From an uncultured virus (IMG/VR IMGVR_UViG_3300012983_000042) (lineage: Duplodnaviria > Heunggongvirae > Uroviricota > Caudoviricetes), in IMG/VR virus record IMGVR_UViG_3300012983_000042: a DNA stretch of 20,000 nt. One strand, given 5' to 3'. Under the pieces are notes generated by a model. The model was not told the DNA's origin. It was given only the letters and a program-made list of their open reading frames with translations, and searched no databases. Below, piece after piece: positions 1 through 10,100 of this stretch (position 1 is the stretch's first letter; each line of letters opens with the position of its first letter). A program made the position numbers and the translations under genes.

Positions 1-202
1 AGATGTCGCCTTTGAACATCACTTTCGTAGGGTCTTCTGGGATGTGTTCAGAGTCTAACCAAATTGCCTTTGCGTCAACCCTAGGTGTAACGGTCTCAGG
101 CTCTTCATACCAAGCAAGATTGTTGTCCGTATGAGACTTGTTCTTGACTGTGTTCTTGTATGTTGCTTCTGCAATATGTCTAATGTAATTATCTTCGCTC
201 AT
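1..202 (-). CDS. Hypothetical (probably virion structural) protein, 5' part only; runs off the left edge of the window
   Basis: Not in the ORF track. ATG at 202-200, preceded by AAGGAG at 8 nt spacing and overlapping the last codons of the 857-aa gene. Open to base 1: MSEDNYIRHIAEATYKNTVKNKSHTDNNLAWYEEPETVTPRVDAKAIWLDSEHIPEDPTKVMFKGDI. The structural role is inferred from context only. Confidence 0.8.
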   Translation of the reverse strand, partial: MSEDNYIRHIAEATYKNTVKNKSHTDNNLAWYEEPETVTPRVDAKAIWLDSEHIPEDPTKVMFKGDI

Positions 203-2762
203 TCAAACACTCCTTAATAGATGAAACCAACTTTTCTAAGTTTACACCTTTATTTGATAGAATCAACTTGATGTACAAGTAGCCTTCTTCAGCAAATCCA
301 TCTTTACCAAAAGTGGCATACATACGCTTATCATCGCATCGGAATAGGTCTAATGCTTTAAAGATGATTCCTGCTTCCCACTTGCCATAACCTTCATAAG
401 GTGCATTACAATTCACCCATCTCGTTACGACATTTGATGGAGCTATACCTGCGTACACATTCACGTCTTTCAAAGTTCCATCTTTGTTCAAATCGAAGTC
501 GTTTCCTTCTTCATCTTCTAAGTCAAAGTAAAAGTTGTTCATTCTTGGACACTTAAACCTCAATGTCAACATTTGAGGTGAACTCTTCTTTGAATAGTCA
601 GGACCAATAAACAACGATTGATAGTTCGTTTTAGCTAAAATAGCTTTATGGTCTTTCACCTGAGCTTCACCGTCATACTTCCCTACTAAGGCAACTGAAG
701 GATCATACACAGAGAATACATCAGTGCTATTGTCGATTGGGACCATTGAGCCGCTTTCTTGCACAACTCTGTAGACTTCTTCTGTAGAGTTGTCAATGTT
801 GATGTAGTCGCTTTGTCCTTCAAATGTTTCATAAGCTTTCCAATTGGAAATCTTTGCTGTGAAAGCAACTATGCCAAAGAAGTCTTCTATGTTCATTATG
901 ATAGTCTTATATGTCATTAAGCCGCCTGACACATCATCAAGCTGTAGTTCGTAATCTTTTCCTAGACAGTTGAAGTTGTTCACAGTAAGTGGTGAAAAGC
1001 GACTTTTGAATGTCTTTGCAACAACTTGTACTGAGAGCTTAGGCTCTCCCCGATAGACACTAACACCAGATGTAAAGCTGTTTGGTGTAGGCTGCTCAAT
1101 GATGTTGAATGAACAAGTTGGTGTAAAGTCTTCGTATGTGTTAAACTCTAGAACATCAGATTTTGTCTGCTCTCCAGAGTTGATGTTTTCTTGGATAAAA
1201 TAGATTGTGTGGTGGCCTTCACTGATGTTGCTAACACGATAAGCAAAAGAGAAGCCTTTGTAGTAGCCTTGGAAAGTCTTGAACTTCGGGTAAGCATCAC
1301 CAACATAAGTAACATTGAAGTTGCCATACTGACCAACAGTGAATGCTCTTTCGGCATCATCATAGGCCTTTAATGACTCAACTTCAACATCGTCAATGTA
1401 TGCACGAATCATCGAACCATCAAGATAGATGACATCAGCTGTTTGGATGACTGTGACACCTGTGTTCACTTTCACGTTCTCTTTTAGAACAACATCATAT
1501 GCATCAACTTTCTTTGTGACATCAGTGAACGTTGCAGTGTTGATTAGCCCCGGCTCGATAGGCTCAATAGTTCCTACACGATTGCCTACTAAGTCAAGGT
1601 CGTTCTTGTACTCTTCTAACAACTCGTTGAAAGCAATAAGTACTTCCCCGATAGTCAAAGATGACATCAGGATAGCGCCTTTGTTGAAGTCCTGATTGTC
1701 GTTGCCTTGATGAAGCTTTTGATTAGAAGCCCATACATTAGCAATGTCCTGATTGAGATCAGTGATGTCGTCCATCTTATGCTGATGCTTTTGGACGTGA
1801 GTTGCTATAGCTTCAAGTCGGCCATTCTCATTTACTATGATTGTCTCTTCATCAACTAAGTTGCTTAAATTCTTAACTAGTGTATTATAGATAGAAGAGT
1901 TGTTGATGATCTCTTTGATGAAGTCTTCTAAACCTTCAATCTGACTTACTTTGTGTTCGTGATTAGCACAGTTGCCACCTTCACCGCCATTGATGTACTC
2001 AGTTAGAACATCAGGATTGACACAAAGCTTTCCATTAGAGTCAAAGCCTAAAGAGTTTTCATCTATGTCGATAGAGTAGACAGCCCCACCTTTTGTGAAT
2101 GAGATGTTGATGCCATCACCTTTAATAGGTCGGATTCTTGCAACTTCATTCTCTAATGATGCAACTTTTTGCTTAAGCTCTTTCAGCTCAGTAGTATCAA
2201 ACTCTACACTTGCATCGGTGCTGCCGCCACCAATCACGCAAAGCTGACCAAGTTCGTTGACTGCAATAGTCTCTTCATCAACTTTTAAGTCGGCACTAAT
2301 CTTGCCTGTCTTTGAGTCGTACTTAAGTTGTATAGGATTTAATGTGTTGTTCTTGAAGATAGATGAAAGCTGATTAGCAATAAGCTTGTTTAAGTTTTCA
2401 TCGGTGATTTGTTCAAACTTATCAAGTACTTCTTGTGGAAGATCATCGTACTCGATGTCGCTAGCAGCAACTATATTGCCTGCGTTGTCAAGCCGTACTT
2501 TTGTATAGAAGCCTGCATCTGGGACATTCTTATGGGCATCAGGATTGAAAAGAACTATGCCATTTGTGACACGCCAATAAGAACGTTCACTCAAAGTCCC
2601 TCTTGCTTCGCATATGTAGATAAGCCAATTATCTTTTATAAATGATGTTGAGTTGTCTGGAATAGATCCTGACTCTGTGATGTAATATGCAGCAAAATCA
2701 AGGTCTTTTACATCAGGCAATGCACCTGATGTAGGTGTCCAAACTCCATAAAAAGTATTCAT
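189..2762 (-). CDS. Phage tail fibre / fibre-associated structural protein (857 aa)
   Basis: Fibre-type motifs: AGFYTKVRLDNAGNIVAA (cf. the common AGTYTKVTVDxxGRV fibre repeat); three D-x-x-(T/S)-(I/L)-x-x-x-x-x-G-x-L repeats (VDEETIAVNELGQL, IDENSLGFDSNGKL, VDEETIIVNENGRL); two HxH phage-tail repeats (HEHKVSQIEGL, HQHKMDDITDL); short coiled coils; beta-rich C-terminal half. Confidence 0.75.
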   Translation of the reverse strand: MNTFYGVWTPTSGALPDVKDLDFAAYYITESGSIPDNSTSFIKDNWLIYICEARGTLSERSYWRVTNGIVLFNPDAHKNVPDAGFYTKVRLDNAGNIVAASDIEYDDLPQEVLDKFEQITDENLNKLIANQLSSIFKNNTLNPIQLKYDSKTGKISADLKVDEETIAVNELGQLCVIGGGSTDASVEFDTTELKELKQKVASLENEVARIRPIKGDGINISFTKGGAVYSIDIDENSLGFDSNGKLCVNPDVLTEYINGGEGGNCANHEHKVSQIEGLEDFIKEIINNSSIYNTLVKNLSNLVDEETIIVNENGRLEAIATHVQKHQHKMDDITDLNQDIANVWASNQKLHQGNDNQDFNKGAILMSSLTIGEVLIAFNELLEEYKNDLDLVGNRVGTIEPIEPGLINTATFTDVTKKVDAYDVVLKENVKVNTGVTVIQTADVIYLDGSMIRAYIDDVEVESLKAYDDAERAFTVGQYGNFNVTYVGDAYPKFKTFQGYYKGFSFAYRVSNISEGHHTIYFIQENINSGEQTKSDVLEFNTYEDFTPTCSFNIIEQPTPNSFTSGVSVYRGEPKLSVQVVAKTFKSRFSPLTVNNFNCLGKDYELQLDDVSGGLMTYKTIIMNIEDFFGIVAFTAKISNWKAYETFEGQSDYINIDNSTEEVYRVVQESGSMVPIDNSTDVFSVYDPSVALVGKYDGEAQVKDHKAILAKTNYQSLFIGPDYSKKSSPQMLTLRFKCPRMNNFYFDLEDEEGNDFDLNKDGTLKDVNVYAGIAPSNVVTRWVNCNAPYEGYGKWEAGIIFKALDLFRCDDKRMYATFGKDGFAEEGYLYIKLILSNKGVNLEKLVSSIKECLNERR

Positions 2763-2776
2763 AATAATTAGTATGA

Positions 2777-4144
2777 TTATGACTCTGTAGCAGTTATATA
2801 AATATTTTCAATTTGGCGAAATGTATTATCATCTTGTTTTGGTGCTACTACACCATCGTATGTTGTTGCATTATGTTTTGAGATATCTTCAGATTTTTCA
2901 TCAGATAGCGTAACATAATATGCATTATCTACGTTTTTATAAACGCCGCCGAAATAAGGAAAATTATAGAATTCTTTATTTTCTGTGTAAACTTCTATAG
3001 TATCTTTTCCATCGAGGTCAGTATTGTCTAACTCTTTTAATGTGTTATTACTAAGAACGAAAAGACTTGAGTAAGAAGTTTTATAATTTTTTACTATAGT
3101 ATTATTTCTAGGTTTAGTTGCACATTCGCCCACAAAAGCATAGACATAGTCATCGCTTTTCTTTTGAAAAAAACGATAAAGTTTATCGTTGAATATGGGT
3201 TCGCCTTCTTTTATATATTCGCTATCTTCCAAAAATTCGAATGTGTTTTCACCAAAACAGGGATTTAGACTTGAACAGTTTTCGTTTTCATAAGCAACAA
3301 ATCCATTTTTAAGCTTTTCAGTATCGTCCACTGCAACATCTCTACTGACTTCTACAAGGTAATCTTTAATTCTTTTATATAAATTAGCGTTAAGTGGCAC
3401 ATTATACTGTATAATATCAATAAGAGATGATTGATTATAAACAAACATAAATCCTTCTTCAGCAGTGTATGAGCTTGCGACATCAAGCTCATTATAGTTA
3501 TTATCGTTAACATCTCTAGAGTCAGGCGCAATATCTCTCATTTCCGGTCTTACTAACTCTTGCAATTTACCATTATAAAATGTTCCGTAATCTGAGTTAT
3601 TATAATCAACTTTGCTATCAACTACTTTATACGCTGTAATGTCTTTGCCTTCAGCTTTTGTGCGAGTAAATTCTTTCATATTACCAGTCACTCTGAAAAA
3701 AAGACTTTTATTGATAGTTTTATCTTCAAATGTAAACTTTACAATAGTTGCGTTTTCACTATCACCTGAAAGAATGAGTGAAGGCTTCTCAGGTATATCT
3801 GCTGTTGTGTTTTCGCTTAAGTGATTCTCTGCTGCTTCCTTGACTTTATCAGGAAACGCCTTTGAACCATCATATGTCTTCTCATTTAATTTATATGTGA
3901 CTGTATATTCACCGTCATTTTGCTTTGTTGCTTCAACGCTAAATTGACTAGATCTTACTGTGTATATTTCACGGTCGTCAGATTCGAGACCTGCAATCGT
4001 TTTCTGAAATATTTCATTATTTTTAATATCAAGTGAAACAGGACTACCATTTTTATATAAGGCAAACAAAGTATCATTTGTTTCGTCTTGATTTAAAACA
4101 CTTTCATTTTTATATATGCCACGAATAAACTTAAATTCTCTCAT
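2777..4144 (-). CDS. Hypothetical protein (455 aa) in the tail gene block
   Basis: Long ORF with AAGGGAG 5 nt before the ATG, tightly packed between two fibre-like genes. Acidic and N/Y-rich. No recognisable family motif. Confidence 0.7.
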   Translation of the reverse strand: MREFKFIRGIYKNESVLNQDETNDTLFALYKNGSPVSLDIKNNEIFQKTIAGLESDDREIYTVRSSQFSVEATKQNDGEYTVTYKLNEKTYDGSKAFPDKVKEAAENHLSENTTADIPEKPSLILSGDSENATIVKFTFEDKTINKSLFFRVTGNMKEFTRTKAEGKDITAYKVVDSKVDYNNSDYGTFYNGKLQELVRPEMRDIAPDSRDVNDNNYNELDVASSYTAEEGFMFVYNQSSLIDIIQYNVPLNANLYKRIKDYLVEVSRDVAVDDTEKLKNGFVAYENENCSSLNPCFGENTFEFLEDSEYIKEGEPIFNDKLYRFFQKKSDDYVYAFVGECATKPRNNTIVKNYKTSYSSLFVLSNNTLKELDNTDLDGKDTIEVYTENKEFYNFPYFGGVYKNVDNAYYVTLSDEKSEDISKHNATTYDGVVAPKQDDNTFRQIENIYITATES

Positions 4145-4154
4145 CTTAACTCCC

Positions 4155-7100
4155 TTAATATATTCTTACAATGTAACTATCATCATCAAGTGAAGATGCA
4201 TTGTTATTAGATCCATAATGGAATGATTGATTTTCATAAAAGTCATCAGCTCTTATAGAAGAATCATAAGGCACATACGCAGTATACATAAGATGGTCGA
4301 CATAATCACTGAGAGTAACTTCAATCATTGACTCACCACAATACATAACGCTGTTATCCGCTATTATAATCTTTCCTGTAGGAGAATTAGAAGATTCACC
4401 TTCTTTGAACTTGCATTCTCTCTCCTGCATATCATATCCATTCCAATCGCTGCCGTTGCGTACAAACTGAATAGCATTTTTACTTGCCTTAATGTCGTCA
4501 CATTTCATATAAGCCATCATCGCAGCAAGTTTTCTGTTGTTCTGAATTGCAGCTGTCATTTCTCTTTGTAATTCAGCAACTGCTTCACTAACAAGACTTT
4601 CAACAGATTTTTGAGTTGCAAGTACGACACCTTCTGCATCTTTGTCATTTTTGACATCTGTCACTGTAGAGCCAGTAAGCTGTTTGTAAACTTCATCTTC
4701 ACCAGTTTCGTATTTTTTAAAGTCTTCAAACTTAGCAGAATCATCATCAACGTTTTCCAAAGATTTTGTAATTGCATCTGAAGCAACTTCAAGCTTTCCG
4801 ATTCTTTCGAAAACAGTTCCATTATCATCTGAAGCGCCAAGTTTACTATTTATTGCTTCAATGTTATTTTCATTAGCAGTTATTCTTTTTTCAGCTACAT
4901 CAATATCATCTTCATTTGTTTTCAAGCGAGCAGTGATAGTTCTTGTTATATTAGCACCAGTGTTATCAAATGTATAGTCGTCACCGATAGCTTTCCAGAT
5001 ACGATTGTCATTTTCAATGCGTACATCTCTGTCCTCAAGAACCTCTTTCTTGAAGTCCATCAAAGCTTCATCAATTTTTGCAGAGTATTCAAGCAACTTT
5101 TTAATTGAAGTAATTACTTTGTAAGAACTAAATGCATCTGCATACGCACTTAGTACTGATATGTTTTCTTTTCCGTCTTTAACATTTCTATATTTTGTAT
5201 CTGCTGTAATAGCATCTTGTTTGCCTTTACTATAAGGCGAGTCGTCTCTATCGCCATTAGGTTTTTCTTCATAAAGCAAACTTGCTATATCAGTTGTGTT
5301 AAAGTATGCTTGAAGCGCGATAGCTGATAAGTAGTAACGATTGCCTGACAAAGTATGGTATCTATTTTGAACACCACCATTAACATCGCTGTTTATAGAA
5401 ACTTTAACACCATTGTTTTCTGTTGAACCCTCTGTAGTTGTTGAGCCCCAAAGCTCAGATGCAACAGCGTCTGTTGTGTCACCGAAAGTAAAGTAGCCAT
5501 CAAAGTAATTTTTATCTTTTGTAGAACCAAAACCAATGTACTTGTAAATTGCACTAACAGTGTTTTCGAGGATGTCGATTCTTGAAAGAGGATGGTCATC
5601 ACCACTTTGTGCAATAAACTTGCTTCGTCTTCCCATACCAAGAAGTGAATTGTTAGTTGTATCTTTAGTCGCAACAGTTACTCTCGGAGATTGAGGATCA
5701 TAACGTAAAGTACTATAACCTGACATTTTGTCATAAGCGGCATTGTTTGTGGTACCGTCAGTATTTACAACTTTTGGCACATTGTAAAGTTGAGTATATA
5801 AGCAGTCAAGAACTGATACGCCTTCTGCAGGTGACTTTGTAAAGTTGTCAGCTTTTTCATATGCAGTCTTGAAGTGTTCATATGTTGTATGATTATTTGT
5901 ATCATCTGATGCAGGCTCAATATCAGCACCATAAAGCAACTTAAGAACTGCTTTCATATCAGATGTTACGGTATAATCTTTTGTATGTGATGGAATCTCT
6001 TCACCAAGAGCTTCATATGTTTCTTTGTTCTTATTAGTGTCAAGGTAATCATCATAGTCAGGACCAAGTACAACTTCGTTATACTTCAATGCCCATTCAT
6101 TGTTCTTGATACGTTTTACTGCATCATAGATGATGTTGTAAAGGTCAAGTTCAGTATTCTTGTTGTCTTTACCTTGAATGTTTTTAATGCTTTCTGCTTT
6201 AATGTTTTTCTTTCTTTCAGTTGCATAGAAGCCATTCTTTTCAAATGTAATGCCGAAAACGTTCTCAACATAATTGAAGAAGTCATCGATTGATGTTACA
6301 TTATGATAAGGTGAAGCATCGGTTCTTGCAGTGATAGTTCTAAAGTCAAGTTGATTTTGAACTTTCAAAGAAAGAAGTTGAAGCACTTTTTCTATAGTGT
6401 CAAGGCGTGAAACAATAGTCTCGTGATTAAGAGTAAGTTTATTGTTATCAAAGTAGTCAGCAGGATTGTATGATATGCCAACTACTTCATTGTTGTCTTT
6501 ACCAACTTTATAGCCGTCTTCAGTGGTGTCACGGTCTTGCCATCTTATAAGATTTGTCTTAACAAGCTTTTTCTCATCGCCTGCAATCAACGCAACTATA
6601 ACGTCTATAATAGATGCAACTTCATCAATCTCTTGTAAGCTTTCAGGTGAGAGAGCTGCAACTTCAGTTGGCTTTTTACCTTCATCTTCTGAAGTAACTC
6701 TGTACTTTAATTCTTTACCGTTGAAAGTTTGGAATGTGTTTTCTTTATCAACAGTGTCAAGATCAAAGTTGAACAAGCTTTGAACAAGTCGGTCGATTCT
6801 TGAAACATTTGTCTTCTTATAAGCACCTGCTTCAAGAGCGGTACTTGTAGCTTTGTCATCATCGTAAACATCTCTCAAGATTGTCTCAAGTGTTTGACGA
6901 ATGTAGTCTAGCATAAGAGGACGATTTTTAATGTTGTCTGAACCTTTAACATCAGCTGTAAGCGTGTTAAGCTTTGCTACGATTCTGTTCACTGCGTCGT
7001 TTAGTCCGTCGAAGTCGTCGCTTGAGCCGTCAACTGTTGTATAGTTTACTTCTTTGACATATTCTTGTGCTGTGTCAAAGTCGTTATCATTATCAGCATC

Positions 7101-10100
7101 TTTTACTACTTCTCTAGGTGTTTCAACTGTTTGTGTTACAGATGCATCATCAGGGTAGGTTGATACTTCTGCAAGAAGAATACGGTTTGACTGTCCTTCG
7201 TCATCTTTAGCATTCTCGCCGTTTACTTCTTTGTCCAACATATCAAGACGAGAGTAGTTGTCACTGTCTTCTGACCAAGCACCTTTACTGTCAATGCTTG
7301 TTGGGTCAGCATCTTGGAAAACTTCACGACAAAGTGCTTTAACTAAACGATTAAGACCTGCAATAGTTGACTTCTGGTCGTTTGCTTTAAAGTCAGAGTC
7401 TTTAACATCAGCACCTGGGAGTGTTGGTGAGTCTTTACCATAAGTAGAAACTTCCAAGTTGAGCAAGCGTTCTTGTGTTTCTTTAGCAGCTTTTAACAAG
7501 ATACCAATTGCGTTATTAGTGTTTAGACCTGCTTCTTTGTCATCAGTTAAAAGTTTGATGTACTCAGAGATTGACTCTTTTTCATCATCTGTATATGTAT
7601 ACTTAACATCATCTAGTGATGTTGCATTCTCTATAACTTCATCATCTTTAAACTTCTTAGATGTGTTTGCTGTTTGTTCAACGATTATACCAAAGAAGCG
7701 TTTAAAGTATGAGTCTTTATCATAGTTGTCTTCTTTTTCGAAGTTGCGATTGTACTGGAATGTTGCAAGAGGCAATTCATAAAGTGCTTGTAATGCTTCA
7801 TTCATTGGCTCTTCAAATGTAGAAGTTTTATCTTTTGTACTGTATGCATCAAGATAAGACTTGTCAGCGTTATCATTTTGATATGAGTGTAATAAGTACT
7901 TATATCTAATTGAAGAAGGTGTAATAACATTTGCTTTAAGATTAGCAAAGTCGTTGTCGCTCTCTCCAACTAAGAAGTCAAACTCATCGTTCTCAATATC
8001 AACTTTCATTGATAAGCCGCCAAAGTTTTCTCTATAGATTAAAGTATTTGAGTAGAAACTATGTTTCTTTGTAATAGTTGCTTCAGCTATGTTTAAAGAT
8101 AATTCTTCAGTGTCAAGTAATCTTGTGCCGTGGTAATGTTTTATAACATTTCCTACACGCATTGTGTACTTATTGTTGAACTTCTGAATGTAAGGAATGG
8201 TGATGTCGTTGCCTGTACCCTGTCTTGCACCGGAGTCTTCTGAGTTTAAAGTATCTCCAGCATTTTGAGAGAAGATGTATTCACCATAACCTAAATGAGC
8301 GCCTTGAAGTTGATTTGCATTTAATGTACCACCAAATCCTTTATTAACGATTCCGTGTGGGTACTCAACACTGTCAGTAGCATTAAGTTCTTTAAGAAGT
8401 TCATCATCTGCCACTTTTGCTTCTTCGTGCTTTTTGAAAATAAAGTATGGCATAAGTGCAAGAGGACGATTAGCAATTCTTGCTTCAAGATTTAATTCAT
8501 TGATACTTGTATCTGATGTATAGTACTCAAGAGCGCCTCTAAAGTAATCAAGATTCCAAACATCATTACCTGATGGATTTGATAGACGAATATCAGATTG
8601 AATCTTGCGAGTGTTTAAGTATTTGTTTCTTGTTTGAGAGTCGATGTCTTTTACATCTAATGCTTCAATGTTGTCTTTAACTGACTTAACATAGATGTTT
8701 TTAAGATAAGCTTCAACTGTTCCGATGCTGTTCTCTTCATCAGAGATGCTTAAGAAATCTGTTCTAACTTTGTACTTAATGTCTTTACGAACAGCTCCAC
8801 CTGAAACAGCAAATCCTTCAAAAGGTGTTCCTTCAGCATTTGTGATTGACTCTTTCACAAAGTTGTTGAAAAGATTTTCTGCATCAAACTGTCTTGAGTA
8901 GTAGTCGTGTTTTGTGACAAAAACTTTTGCATCAAAACCTGCTAATGATACAGGCGGTGCAAAAGGATCCGCTTGCATACATACACCTAAAACGCTTCCA
9001 TCAGGATGTTCTGTATCATCACTTTCAGTACCAGAGTAAACAGCTCTTAAAACATATGTACCGTAAGGATGGCTTGCATCAACTTCATCAAGCTGCATTA
9101 CAGTCCATTTGAAACCATAGTATGTAAAGTTGTTCACTGTATGGAATCCTGGCTCAAGTTGTGTCCAGTTTCTTGATGTTGATGTTGTGTCAGTGTCAAC
9201 AAACAACTTTATGTCAAGTGCTTCAAGCTCAGGAACTTGCATACGGTCTTCATCAGGGCCGTATATCATAAGTGAAGTAATATCTATATCTGGGATAATT
9301 GATTTCTTATCATCACCACCAATCTTTATCAAACGACGAACAAAAGGCGTTCTTGGTAGTTCTTTATAAACAGCTTCAGGCAACCACTTAATTTGAGCTG
9401 CAACATAGCCTGATGTGTTTTCTTCAGAAAAGCGGCTTTTATAGTTAACTTGCGGAATGATGAATGACTCAGCTTTATCAGGATTACCATCAGTACCAAA
9501 GTCACGAACTCTAATGTCAAGTTCTGATTCATCATAGAACTCAAGTAAGTTCTTTAATAAGTGAGCACCATCAACTGTCTTGTGAGGTGTTTTACCGTCC
9601 ATCAACCAGAAGCCAAACTCAGCTTCACCGTGAATAGAGGGCTTCATATAACCAACAGGTAAGTCACCAATGTTAAACTTTCTAGGATTATCACAAGATA
9701 CTACTAAGTTCTTTTCAGTTTGTGCAACACCAACTTGAACGATTGAGTTGTAGAACTCTTGAGGAACTTGGAAAATGTTACCGTGTGAACCAAGGTAGTA
9801 AGTTGCACCTGGCTCATAAGGAGATGTAGGATCTACGAATAAACCTTGTTTTAAGAATACTGCACGAGTTCCTTGCTTAATAAGACCTGTCTTTCCAGAG
9901 TTGTAAACACCTATCAAGTTTTGTCTTGATGGGAATCTAATGTCTGCAAGTACTGCATATCCTTTGTTGTAATTTGAACCGCGAGACGCTATGTAAAGAT
10001 TTGTGATAACATCAAGTAAGTTACTTGATACATAAACTTCATAAGCTCCGCCGATGTCATTAGCTTCAAGCTTATAAACGCCTTTATTTTGAGAATAAAT

